60,252 nucleotides of DNA from Craspedostauros australis (Eukaryota). The position numbers and the translations under genes were made by a program. Below are positions 1 through 10,616 of this stretch, piece by piece. The notes under the pieces were generated by a model, which worked only from the letters and a program-made list of their open reading frames with translations, made no database searches and was not told the origin of the DNA. The DNA is taken from positions 1 through 60,252 of the forward strand of contig JALAGF010006574.1 of the NCBI GenBank assembly GCA_030167865.1. Reading direction: 5' to 3'. Each line of letters begins with the position of its first letter. Within the stretch, counting starts at the first letter, position 1.

Positions 1-387
1 ATGTGAGTATGAATGACGATTCTCCTCTGGTAGCATGACCAAAGGTGTCTCATTGACGATAATACCCGCCATGCGCATTTGATGCGGACACAATAGCGGA
101 TGAGGAAGAGTTTCAAAATATAGTGATTGAGGAAAGAAGAGGATGTAAGTGGTGTACGAAACAGGATCGTCATACGCAATCGCTGCTGTGACAATTGGTA
201 CGTTTGTGACGTCCCCCAATGTGTCCAAGAATGGCGATGTTGTGACGGTCTGTGTAGTTCGGTGTACAATGTATGCAGTAGTACCAAAAGCACAAGTGTC
301 AGCATGTGAGTCCAATTCGGCTCTCGGTGTCTCAGATGGAAGGGACTGGCTGATCGCCGTTGCATGGCGTCGCCCTCCCACCTCATG
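1..387 (-). CDS. pol: Pol N-terminus (aspartic protease), partial; in frame with gag after one TGA
   Basis: Manual translation: HEVGGRRHATAISQSLPSETPRAELDSHADTCAFG...VPIVTAAIAYDDP..YILFFPQSLYF..LLCPHQMR..GIIVNETP; open to the window edge; no ATG before the catalytic Asp. Confidence 0.88.
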
Positions 388-1884
388 TCAGGATTGGCCT
401 TGTTGATTGCGACGTGTCATGAATGCCCCGATGCCGTTCTTACGCTGGTCGGCAGAGGCACTTCCCGAGGCAACAGGAGTCGTCGCGTCCTGACTATCTG
501 TTCGCTGACGTTTGTTCTGTCCTTGCGTATCAAGTGATGCAACTCCTCTTCTCGCATCTCGTTCTTGTCGAAGTGCAATGGCACGTGCACGCTGAGCGGC
601 AGACATGACTGCCCATTCTTCTCGGTCGTAATATCTGTCGGTCACGTTCATGTTGGCATTGTATTGTGGTTTGCCTTTGTCGCCGCCTTTACCACGTCCG
701 CCCCTGCCACCCCGGCCTTGGCCTCCACCGCCACCTGAGCGGCCTCGGTTCTTCCTGTTATTGCCTTGCATCCCTGCAATACGTCGACTTGTTGTTGTGT
801 CAGTGCGCTGATCAAGAGACTCTGCAAGATAGTTCATCGTTCGATGAAAGCTGGTCTTGTACGTTTTTGTTGCTCGTACGACTTCGCATGCTGGGAACAG
901 ACGTTGGTCTCTGATTCCTCGCATAAGGCGTCTGACTTTTGCTTCTTCCATCTGCGGTTCACCTCCCTGCGCAAGATCTTCAAAGGCTGCATTCAATCGC
1001 TGCGCGTACATCTCAAACGTGAAGTTTCGTGCTCTTCCGTCGAAATATGTTTCTGCGATCGTTTTGTCAGCCAATGCTTTCGTGCGTGCTTGAAATGAGT
1101 CTCCACGATAGTGTTGTTCAAGCGCCTGATGAGCTGCTCGTCCGTCTTTCGATCTCTCGAATCCCTGTACCCAATTCCACGCAGGACCACCGTGTGTTGC
1201 AGCTCGAACGACTTGCCAAACTGCTGCTCTGTCTGCTTTGTAAATGGAACCGGAATGGGGTGCACGGTCAATCAGCTCGTCCAACATGGTTGGTTCTCCA
1301 AATGATGTTGTGACAGCGGGAATTCTGTCCTCTGGCTTCTCTGAGTCTGGTCGAACAACGTATGCAAGTGGAATGTCTTGACTCCCAAGTGTGTTGTCCA
1401 AGTAATTGCGGATGTCCTCGAGTGTCTCTCTGACTGAGTCCACCTTGGTGAGTAGCTCGGGTGTTGGTAGAGGATCACTGCTCTTGATTCGTTTCTCGTC
1501 TTTAAATAAGGTCCAAGCTGCGTTGAGTCGGGGTAGTGTGGCACCTGATGATGTAAATGATCGTTGAATGCGGCTGTAGTGAAAGCGAAGGTAGCGAAGC
1601 TTCCGCAATCGCATCTCATATACCCATCCAAGAGGCACTCCTGGGTTGCGGATCATTACCGGTGTCCCAGAGACTGGCTTTGAGGGTACGTATGATGGAT
1701 TTGCGATGTAACCACTGCCTTTCCGAATGCGTTCACACAACGCTTGTATGTCGTCGTCGTCGAATGAAAGCAGGTCGTCAAATGAAGATATTCCCTGCTC
1801 CTTGATCGCTTCACCAATTGTATCATCCGGAAACAGTAGCACATTGCGAAAGTAATTCTGGATTTCGGCTGCTGCTCCTGCCAT
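388..1884 (-). CDS. gag: Gag protein of the copia element (498 aa)
   Basis: IPLAYVVR, VWQVVR..GPAWNWV..DGRAAHQAL..HY.G and YFDGRARNFTFE.Y motifs, an RGG-rich tail and Y...EW..MS..QR; typical of diatom CoDi Gag; no CCHC knuckle. Confidence 0.9.
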   Translation of the reverse strand: MAGAAAEIQNYFRNVLLFPDDTIGEAIKEQGISSFDDLLSFDDDDIQALCERIRKGSGYIANPSYVPSKPVSGTPVMIRNPGVPLGWVYEMRLRKLRYLRFHYSRIQRSFTSSGATLPRLNAAWTLFKDEKRIKSSDPLPTPELLTKVDSVRETLEDIRNYLDNTLGSQDIPLAYVVRPDSEKPEDRIPAVTTSFGEPTMLDELIDRAPHSGSIYKADRAAVWQVVRAATHGGPAWNWVQGFERSKDGRAAHQALEQHYRGDSFQARTKALADKTIAETYFDGRARNFTFEMYAQRLNAAFEDLAQGGEPQMEEAKVRRLMRGIRDQRLFPACEVVRATKTYKTSFHRTMNYLAESLDQRTDTTTSRRIAGMQGNNRKNRGRSGGGGGQGRGGRGGRGKGGDKGKPQYNANMNVTDRYYDREEWAVMSAAQRARAIALRQERDARRGVASLDTQGQNKRQRTDSQDATTPVASGSASADQRKNGIGAFMTRRNQQGQS

Positions 1885-2180
1885 CGTGGATGTCTTTGGA
1901 TGTTGCGATATCGTCTTGTTTGATGCTGTTGATGTCTGTGTTTGTGTTTAATCGTGTTTCAATCGTGCGAGATTTGGAAATTGTGAGCAAAGCGAATGCA
2001 TTCCGTGATGCATGGGAAACAACAGACCAACAAGCGCAACATAGCAGATCATATGCTGGAACAAGGCTGTCTGCTCTAATACTCGTCATGCCCTAATCCC
2101 ACAAGTAGCTGCGTGCTACTGCGCATTCCTTCCATATCTGGTGAAGTCGAGAAGCGGGAATTTTGTATATACCCAGGATC

Positions 2181-2330
2181 TGTTCCGTCACAGCGGACGG
2201 GTTGACTCAAGGAATCACATGTTGGTCTCATGGTCGATGCGTCCATCGATGCCACTCAATCGCGCAANTGCGTCACATTGAGTTGACGTCCCTCTGATGT
2301 TGACCAATATACATCAGCACATGATTGTCA
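2181..2330 (-). repeat. Candidate 5' LTR (inner end ...GACGGAACA at 2181; outer end uncertain)
   Basis: TGTT terminus on the plus strand at 2181, about 300 bp upstream of gag. The second LTR is outside the window, so this cannot be confirmed. Confidence 0.4.
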
Positions 2331-2980
2331 TAGGAGACGCCGCACTACGCAGGCTGTGCCGGCCATGGCGGATACTACACGATTCTGCAGCTCCAGTATT
2401 ATCGTAGCCTCCTCAGGCTGTTCCTCTCATGTTGCTCAGAAAGAGCGACGAGTCAATGATAAACCAAACTCTCCTACTGGGAAAAGGCATGGAATTGGAA
2501 GTAAACAACGGATTATGAGCTCAAGGCACGAGCCATTTACCTCTGATGCGGTCTCTACTCTGCTGCGTACGATTCAGCTGCAAGTGCCCAGTCTAACGCT
2601 CAAATAACCGGTAATAACGTCCGTATCTGNNNNNNNNNNNNNNNNNNNNNNNNNNNNNNNNNNNNNNNNNNNNNNNNNNTCATAGGAGACGCCGCACTAC
2701 GCAGGCTGTGCCGGCCATGGCGGATACTACACGATTCTGCAGCTCCAGTATTATCGTAGCCTCCTCAGGCTGTTCCTCTCATGTTGCTCAGAAAGAGCGA
2801 CGAGTCAGTGATAAACCAAACTCTCCTACTGGGAAAAGGCATGGAATTGAAAGTAAACAACGGATTATGAGCTCAAGGCACGAGCCATTTACCTCTCACG
2901 TGGTCTCTACTCTGCTGCGTACGATTCAGCTGCAAGTGCCCAGTCTAACGCTCAAATAACCGGTAATAACGTCCGTATCT
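2328..2980. repeat. ~300 bp direct duplication (2328-2629 / 2680-2980) flanking an N gap; probably an unmerged allelic contig overlap
   Basis: Near-identical copies (about 5 substitutions) directly either side of the Ns. Confidence 0.8.
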
Positions 2981-4432
2981 GCTTGCCACGATGTTTGGAT
3001 CGGTTCGCGAGTTCGTGAAACTGATCTTGATGGGTCGGAGGCAAAAAATGATGATGTTTGCCGCACAGACGGGCAGACGACACAATTTCGCAGTATTGGC
3101 GATGCGATCTACCTGCGGCGTTAACATGGACAGCCGTCCACCCCCCGCAGCTCTCCTAGCGCCCCTCCGTGTTTCATTACGCGCAGCACAATAATAGCAA
3201 TGGCGGTACTTACAACGGTCTATGTGCATTCCAGTTGAACGTCTTTAACAACAGCGAGACGAAGATGGAGAGTGGTGTCTGCCTTACCTACCTAGTTCGG
3301 ATTTGCCCAGATTTGTCCGGATTTGTCCTCATGTTCAACTTTGTCCGATGGAGTCCGTTAAGACGTTGCTCGCCATTGTTGAATTCATCTCTCAACAGGT
3401 CGGCTTCGAAGAAAACGATGCCAAACTTGATCGAAACTGTGGTTCTGTCCTTTTTCATTCTTGCAAGACTAGAAAATATGTCAACACCCAAATTCTGGAC
3501 AAATTATTTGGGTTGTGTGAATTCTTGTGGTCGTGATGTCGACAGTGCTTGGTGGGGTGACCTTCGGCATCAACAGCCAATTCAGGTCCTATGATTCGGT
3601 TTTTCCTCGCTGTCGTACTCGTACACTCGTTGCCATCTTCGCGGACCGACGACAAAGCAAAGTGCTCGGATTGGTGATAGTCACTTGTGTTCCTCTTCTC
3701 GTTGATCTCTCCGAAGTCCTCCCTCACAGTTTCATCGACATCGACTCGAGAATGAAGATCTCACACGCGTGTAATAAATCTCAGGATCCTCTCCCCATCG
3801 TCTTGGCCGGACGGCGACAGGATACGGCCAAGAGTACTGCCTTCACCGAATCTCGCGAAAACGGGAAAGATCCGAAGGATCTATGCATATGATCCCAAGG
3901 CAGCTTCTCCGGCGCGTTTCTGTGTATATATATACATCGTCGGATACAATACTTGCCAACATTTGGATTTATATCCTCGGTGATGTCGTCTGGATTCATC
4001 CTCGTTGTCCTCCTGGCAAGGCGACACTGGACGGAACTTCGCAAATGCTGACCCAGTCGGTGACACCTCAAAACCACATTCTGGTTCATCGTTTCTGATT
4101 CCTTCCCTCCTTTCTCACTTGCGATGGTTGGGAATTATTGGAGATGAAATACAGGCAGTTGTCAGCATCTCGGCGACAGATTCGCAGTAGGACACCTACC
4201 GCAATGGCTGTAGAATCGTATCCAAAACCAATCCAGCCTCCAACGTCCGGCCCTTGGGCGTCGTTTGCATGTTGCGGCGCCTGTGTGCTCGCATCGTTTG
4301 TGCGCTCACATCGCTCGTATCTCCGGCAATGAATGGAAACAATGTCTCCACATCCTCACAAAAAGCAAAACTTGGACTGATTCACCCATCAAACGCCAAA
4401 GGCCAACAACAAACTATCAAACAAACAACACC

Positions 4433-5047
4433 ATGAAGCTCTCCGTCTCCTCCACCATCGCTGCCACCCTCATGGGCATGTTCTCCGCCGCCAACGCCGA
4501 CGTCCTCTTGCAGAACTTCCCCCCTGGCAGCGGCTGGGAGGTGAAGACCGACGACGTCATCCCAGGTGGATCATCCTCAGGCTCCCTCTTTCCGGCAGGC
4601 GATCGTTCCTACTTTGATGGGTTTGTCCAGTACCAGCCATTCATCGGCGGACCAGGATTCGTCAAGGCCGTTGGCACCAAGTCCTTCCCCAGCATCGCTG
4701 GCTGTGGTGCCATCGAGATCACAATGGACTCCATCATCGGCTACAATGGATACTACATAGCCTTCGGAGATACTCCTCCAAGTGACAATATGCCAATTCC
4801 ATTCGAGTGGCGCGCTGCCATCCCCATCTCTGGATCAGGTCAGAATGGATACACCATCCCACTCACCGAGTTCAGCAGCTCCTGGGACTTTGCCACCGGC
4901 AAGATCATCACCCCTTGCTCTACCGACCCAAGCGTCTGTCCAACCCCAGCTGTGCTGTCCAATATCCAGTTCATTGAGGTCTGGGCCCAAGGAGTCGAGG
5001 GACAGTTCGTCACTGATCTCTTCAGCATCAAGGCAGTCGGTTGCTAA
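4433..5047 (+). CDS. Secreted CIA30-family / carbohydrate-binding-like protein
   Basis: Signal peptide MKLSVSSTIAATLMGMFSAANA; W...DDVIPGG.SSG...FDG.V...PGF; IPLTEF...W...TG; C-terminal W.QGVEG.F...I.A. Confidence 0.7.
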   Translation: MKLSVSSTIAATLMGMFSAANADVLLQNFPPGSGWEVKTDDVIPGGSSSGSLFPAGDRSYFDGFVQYQPFIGGPGFVKAVGTKSFPSIAGCGAIEITMDSIIGYNGYYIAFGDTPPSDNMPIPFEWRAAIPISGSGQNGYTIPLTEFSSSWDFATGKIITPCSTDPSVCPTPAVLSNIQFIEVWAQGVEGQFVTDLFSIKAVGC

Positions 5048-5700
5048 GGTAGCAGTCGCGGCCTGCGGCCTCTTGGAGTAGGGTTGTGGACGTGGATCCC
5101 GGTGCGCGAATTGAAGCAGATCCTGCCAATGCCAACTGTAATATTCTATTATATAATAGAATAGATGATGATTGCAAATCTACCACATCATGACACAGAA
5201 TCGGTTGCTATCATGCGGACCTATGAACAGCAGCAGCAATACTCGTACCCCTCGCGTGTCTACGCTCCTTCTCAATAAAAGTATAAAGATCGAGTCTTTC
5301 ACCACGCAAATAGCGTAGCGTCGAGTGCACGCATTAGTAGAGTGGAGTATGACCCCATTCAGCGAAGTCGAATAGTAGTTGTCTAATAATAACGCGTTTC
5401 AATATGTCAAATCTGCAGAATAACATTCTAGTAAACTTTTTAAATACAAGGACCAGGAGCTTGTAACTTCACACATACACTCCACACCATGATATGACGA
5501 TCTATTATTGTTGCAGATCTTAAAAATTCGGAAATCACTACATGAGAACCCTGAATGGGGTATTTGTAGACAAGTACCTGAAGCCTGCGTTTGCAAAGTA
5601 TTCGCTATGCGGATAGCCTCTTCATTTACTCGTACCTAAGGGCGTCACGCTCTCTTAATTTTTCGAGAGTACCTGGTATTTGTGCACAGAGTGAACACAC

Positions 5701-8640
5701 TCAACAGCGATTCAATGGACAACCCGAAGTCACGTTGGTGCCCCACGTCGTCAACGTCCGCAGCGTTCTGATTCTGCTCACCTCTATCGGAACTCTCCCC
5801 GTTAGTTGGGTGTACTGCAACGCCAGCACCCGCAGCCTCCGCATGCCGCCGAGCTGCGACGGGATCTCCCCCCGCAGCGCATTGTAGCTCAAGTCGAGCA
5901 ATGTCATACTCGTCATTGTACCCAATTGGGTCGGGATGGGGCCGGTCAGCTCATTTTCCTGCATCTGAAGCAAGCTCAGTTCCGCGAGATTGCCGAATGT
6001 GGTTGGGATCGTCCCGTTCAGATCGTTGCCATACAGCCACATGTGAAGCAGAGCCGTGGCGTCGCCCAGCTCCTCAGGGATTTGTCCTGTCAAGTCATTG
6101 CTACGTATTGACAATCGCGTCATGGCAGTCAAAAACCCAATTTCGGATGGGATTTGGCCAGTCAGATCATTCAGAAACAGCATGACGGTCTTCGCCGAAG
6201 TAAGGTTGCCGATCTGCGTGGGAATCGTTCCGTTCAGTTGATTGCGTTGCAGCCAGAACTTCGTCAGCTTGTCTAGTCCCCCGATCGTTGTCGGGACGGG
6301 TCCTGTCATGTTGGTGTCAGTGATTTCGAGTTCGACCAGCGAGGTGCAGTTGCCGATCTCCGGTGGCAGAGTCCCACCCACCGATGTTCTGGCCAGGTTC
6401 AAGTGGCGAAGCTCGTTCAACAAGCCGATCTCTGACGGAATCTTGCCAGATATGTCCATTGTGTGCAACCGCAGAGTTTGGAGCTTGTCCAAGTCACCAA
6501 TGTGCGTGGAGATGGATCCATCAATAGAGTTCGTGTGGAGATCTAGCACCTCCAGGTTGGCCAGGAAGGACAGTGCCGGGTTCAAGCTTCCGCTGAGCTT
6601 GTTCTCAGACAACACCAGTCTGATGACACTTCGACCGTTGGCTTCCGTCTCGAGCTGAGGACTGTCGCAGGTCACACCCTTCGTGCCGTTGCCCCACAGA
6701 CAGATATCCGCATCGGAGAGGAAGGAATACTGACTGGACCAAGATGGACCATCCATCGAGATGTACGTGCTGACGAGAGCGTAGTACTCCAGGAGGCGTC
6801 TCTTGGCGTCTGGGGTGTCCTGTTCGAGCAGCTGCGAAGGGTTGAAATTGTTCCCGTTCGCCATCCAGTCCAATGTTTGGTATGCGATGGTGTCGTTGCT
6901 CTTGAGCATCAATCTTGTGATGGACACTGGCGGTTGCTCAAGAGTGGGTAAAAGGAGATTCGCCATGGCATCGAATGTCTCGATTTGCTTGAATTCGTTG
7001 GTCGGTTGTATTGATGGTGCAAATGATGGTGTGCGTGATGGTGACAGCGATGGCAGCGATGTTGGTGCCGTGGTCGGGAGATGTGTTGGTTGCGATGTGA
7101 CAACGGTGGCACCGTCTATCGTTTTTGTTGGATTGCCGCCGCTGCTGCTTTGCGAAAGTACAACCACAGCGACTACAATAGCGACAGCGATCGATACGAG
7201 AATGCAGGCCGCGATGACGATGGCCCGGGTCCTCTTGCGAGATCGTGTCCCCTTGTCGCTGTCGTCACCGCCGTTGGTGTCAACGTCGCCATGGTCCAAC
7301 TCAGAACCCAAGGCATCGCCAACTCCCGTTTGAGATGGAACAGGTTCCGCAACGACCGCAGCGATGGGAACCATGCTCATCTGCTGGTTGTATCGCTCCA
7401 TTTCGTGACGAATGGTATCGCGAATGTCAGCAGCCGTCATGCCATTGTCGATGGCAACGGCAGACGTGACATCGTTCATGCTATCGGTGGAGCCTGCGAT
7501 GGTGTTGGCTGTTGGTAGTTCCCCAGATTGCGATGTTCCCTGTGTATTAGATTCGCCACTGCCAGCGGTTGCCTCATGCGTGATACCGAACGCGGAAATT
7601 CGACCGTCGGCGGCTGTTTCGGCTTGGTTGTTACCGCCATCAAAACGCACATTCGATGTCGTCAGCGAGGATCTCGCCGTTCTTTCACGAGATACAACCA
7701 TATCGCTATCGGTAGCTACATCGAGAAGCTCCGGACCATTATCCTCGTCGTCAGTGCTATGAAGCTCATCTTTTCTCGAAATCGGAGTCATTGCATCAAC
7801 TGCGGTGTGGTTGTTATTGTTGACCTCCTTCAAGACGGTAATGTCTTCGTCAGGCCCCGCATGTACTGCTTTCATATTCAAGAGCGATGCTTCATCCGTT
7901 TGCAGCCCCCGCCTGCTGATGATGCTGTTGCGCTGCACGGTCGTCGATGGCCCTTCTGCCACGAATCGCTTTATGAGCTGATCGTACCGATGTTGCGATG
8001 ACTCTTCGCGTGATCCCTTGTGGGAATGCGGCCTAAAAGAACTTGGCCCCGACATGGATCTCACCAGCATGGATCGATGGGAGTCATCTGGTTTTTGTGG
8101 AGATGGTTCTGTCGAACTGACAGCCCCGCTGGTCGTTGCACCGTCTCCGGTTGGGCTGGATGCGGAAGCACCGCGACGCGGGCCATGCAACGCCGCAAAC
8201 CGATGGCTATAGCGCTCGCTTCGTCGGCCGCGGCGCGTTGTGGGTGCCATGGACAGAGCTCGTCTTGTGGGTGCTGTTGGTATTGGTGTTGGCGGTGCCG
8301 GCGGTGGTGGCTGTGGCTGTGCTGTCGGCTCTGGTGTTTGATTGGCTACGACCATTTCTGTGACTATAGTATCCGGCATGACATCAACGCTGCTCTTCTT
8401 GTCGCCATCGTTGGCTCCCTCGTTAGCATCCATGTTGCCGCCAGCTTCACCGACCGCCTCATTCAGCTCCCCTGTTGACTCGTTCGGCTTTCGGTCTTCA
8501 TTTTCCCCCTTTGATGCATTCTCAGTCGCGCTGTGTTCTGCATCGTCGCCCTGCTCCGCGGATCGGTCATCTTCGCTGCCCCTGTCGCTGCTCATGCTTC
8601 CTTGCTTGTTTGATTGCGTCTCTTCGCTTGATCTCCACAT
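5701..8640 (-). CDS. Type II single-pass LRR receptor-like protein (979 aa)
   Basis: Disordered N-terminus, TM AIVIAACILVSIAVAIVVAVVVL, PT/PS stalk, C.W..GVTC cap and about 11-12 plant-type LxxLxLxxNxLxGxIPxxIG repeats; no kinase domain. Confidence 0.92.
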   Translation of the reverse strand: MWRSSEETQSNKQGSMSSDRGSEDDRSAEQGDDAEHSATENASKGENEDRKPNESTGELNEAVGEAGGNMDANEGANDGDKKSSVDVMPDTIVTEMVVANQTPEPTAQPQPPPPAPPTPIPTAPTRRALSMAPTTRRGRRSERYSHRFAALHGPRRGASASSPTGDGATTSGAVSSTEPSPQKPDDSHRSMLVRSMSGPSSFRPHSHKGSREESSQHRYDQLIKRFVAEGPSTTVQRNSIISRRGLQTDEASLLNMKAVHAGPDEDITVLKEVNNNNHTAVDAMTPISRKDELHSTDDEDNGPELLDVATDSDMVVSRERTARSSLTTSNVRFDGGNNQAETAADGRISAFGITHEATAGSGESNTQGTSQSGELPTANTIAGSTDSMNDVTSAVAIDNGMTAADIRDTIRHEMERYNQQMSMVPIAAVVAEPVPSQTGVGDALGSELDHGDVDTNGGDDSDKGTRSRKRTRAIVIAACILVSIAVAIVVAVVVLSQSSSGGNPTKTIDGATVVTSQPTHLPTTAPTSLPSLSPSRTPSFAPSIQPTNEFKQIETFDAMANLLLPTLEQPPVSITRLMLKSNDTIAYQTLDWMANGNNFNPSQLLEQDTPDAKRRLLEYYALVSTYISMDGPSWSSQYSFLSDADICLWGNGTKGVTCDSPQLETEANGRSVIRLVLSENKLSGSLNPALSFLANLEVLDLHTNSIDGSISTHIGDLDKLQTLRLHTMDISGKIPSEIGLLNELRHLNLARTSVGGTLPPEIGNCTSLVELEITDTNMTGPVPTTIGGLDKLTKFWLQRNQLNGTIPTQIGNLTSAKTVMLFLNDLTGQIPSEIGFLTAMTRLSIRSNDLTGQIPEELGDATALLHMWLYGNDLNGTIPTTFGNLAELSLLQMQENELTGPIPTQLGTMTSMTLLDLSYNALRGEIPSQLGGMRRLRVLALQYTQLTGRVPIEVSRIRTLRTLTTWGTNVTSGCPLNRC

Positions 8641-9211
8641 GTGTGTTGTGAGCCTCCGTGTCCTTGGCTGTCAAGTGTGGTTGTATCAAAGCAAAGTGCA
8701 AACAGTGTGCGCCTTTCCTTCTCGTGTTGTCGCAGTTGCTGCCGGTCTTTGATGTTTGATGTGAAGGTGACCTCAACACCTTTGGCTCGCCACGTGTGTG
8801 GGGTGAACATTCGCCCAATTCGTGACTTCTGCTTGATGTGGACGGAATCACCCGTTAACGTCAAGGAGAAATCGTGTTGGGATTCGCCGAAAATGGGCCT
8901 GACTTGGCGGACAAGTTGCAACATTCCAATGTTCTTCGAACTTCACCGAATGTTGTATAATAAATCATTTATTTAGTATGTACGTCGCACGCTGATCAAA
9001 TTCTGGACGTACAAAATGGCTGACTCCAAACAACCGTTAACAAGATGTTAACATCGCCATCTCAAAATTGTGTGGTTCGGGCAAATCGCAACCAACCAAT
9101 TCTGCCCGCACCGGTCTCACCACCTGACGAATGGGAAGGTGAGATGGGTCGGTGTAGTATTGACGAGCACAAGTCTCATTGGACAAAGCCTGTGCCATCA
9201 CAAACACGAAG

Positions 9212-9961
9212 ATGACGACAGATCCTGCATCCACCAGCACCGATCTGCGAGTATTGCCACCGCACTTCGCTGCACCGCTGCATCACAGCAACGACACAAA
9301 GCACGACGACGATGACGATGACGACATCACGCGCATGTTCCTGGCCTGCCGCACGTTGGAATTCGACATCGAAACGCGGTTCGTCGCCATCGTGCTGCTG
9401 CATCGGTGGCGCGCCACATCCCCCAACACGCCCTTCGTCACGGCGGCTTGTCTCTTGTTGGCCAGCAAGCAATGCGAGCAGCCACGGCGATTGCGCGACA
9501 TGATCAACATGTCGCAAATGATCTTTGCGCAGTGCGTCGTGCCACCCAAGTTGGATGATCGGTATTGGCAGCACAAGACGGAGCTCGTCAAGACGGAGCA
9601 ACGCGTGCTGCGTCAGATTGGATTCGATACGAGCGTGTCGTATCCGTATCGTGCCATCGCGCTGATTCTGCGCAGTTGGGATGCCAGTTGGACGGCGACG
9701 ATTCGGCGCGCAGCATTTCAACGCATTCATGATGCGCTGTATTCGACCGCGGCGTTGCGGCGCACCGCATTGGAATTGGCGTGCGCTTCCATCGCGATGA
9801 GTGTCGAGGATGACGGCGTATCGCCCGTCAAGGTGATTCTGCCCGATCAGTGGTGGCATGAGTACGAGGTGACGGATGCCGGCGTCGAGGAAACGAAGGC
9901 GTTGCTGTTGGAAGCATCGCAAGTGGCGAGGACAGCGCGGCGGGTCAGTGAAGAAGATTGA
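9212..9961 (+). CDS. Transcriptional cyclin (cyclin L/T/K-like)
   Basis: AACLLLASKQCEQPRRLRDMIN and ELVKTEQRVLRQIGFD...YPY cyclin-box motifs; first ATG at 9212. Confidence 0.85.
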   Translation: MTTDPASTSTDLRVLPPHFAAPLHHSNDTKHDDDDDDDITRMFLACRTLEFDIETRFVAIVLLHRWRATSPNTPFVTAACLLLASKQCEQPRRLRDMINMSQMIFAQCVVPPKLDDRYWQHKTELVKTEQRVLRQIGFDTSVSYPYRAIALILRSWDASWTATIRRAAFQRIHDALYSTAALRRTALELACASIAMSVEDDGVSPVKVILPDQWWHEYEVTDAGVEETKALLLEASQVARTARRVSEED

Positions 9962-10054
9962 ATCGTCAATGCGGTGAAAATCAATACCTACTGACGACAT
10001 GGTACATCCACTGCGTGCATGCTTGCACGGATATGATCGCGCGTCGCATGTGGA

Positions 10055-10215
10055 CGTGGGCATGTGGCGGTGGCCGTCCGCAAACTGCCAACTATCTTGT
10101 CCAATCCTGCAATGCCGACATCATCGAACGTTCTACCCAAACATGAACGAATCTCCGGCTGCGTTTGCTTCACGGCACGGGCACAAGCAGATCGTGAATT
10201 TTCTTGCGGCTCCGC
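10055..10215 (+). pseudogene. Frameshifted two-repeat ankyrin fragment
   Basis: WACGGGRPQTANYLVQSCNADI in one frame, then NESPAAFASRHGHKQIVNFL in another. Confidence 0.55.
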
Positions 10216-10616
10216 GTGCGGATCACAGATGGCGTACGTATGCATTCCAATATATTATAATATATTGTATTCTACATCGCATGAACACGAGAAAAGTACA
10301 CTATTTGTTGCTGACAGTTGCTGGAGGTTGTGCGATGTGTTGAATCAGCTCGGAGACACCACGTCTGAACGAAGCTCTCCTCGCAAGCGTTCCCCAAATG
10401 TAGACTTCGCATCCTTCGACATCTGAAAGCGACGTCTACTTGTCAATAAACATTCCAGCTGTGTGGTTCGTACTCCATACATTTCACTGAGACGACATCG
10501 AGTTGAACAACCGTGATCGCTACTCCTGTTATTGCTGTTGTCTTGCGACGTTGCTTCATCTCCACATTTAGTTCCACAATGCTCGTACCATTCATACGTC
10601 GAGCAGCATGCCACAT

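Larger units (their letters stand above)
1..2330 (-). mobile_element. Ty1/copia LTR retrotransposon (diatom CoDi-like), 5' part; pol runs off the left edge
   Basis: gag ORF 388-1884 followed in frame by an aspartic protease motif (ELDSHADTC); candidate 5' LTR upstream. The outer boundary is approximate. Confidence 0.88.

Noticed and set aside
2328..2980. Tandem 300-bp repeat read as paired LTRs or duplicated 83-aa genes
   Set aside because: The copies abut an N gap on both sides, as expected for an unmerged heterozygous overlap; the ORFs have no recognisable features.
3288..4089. Chain of short minus-strand ORFs, possibly a decayed gene
   Set aside because: No recognisable motif and I could not reconstruct a consistent frame.
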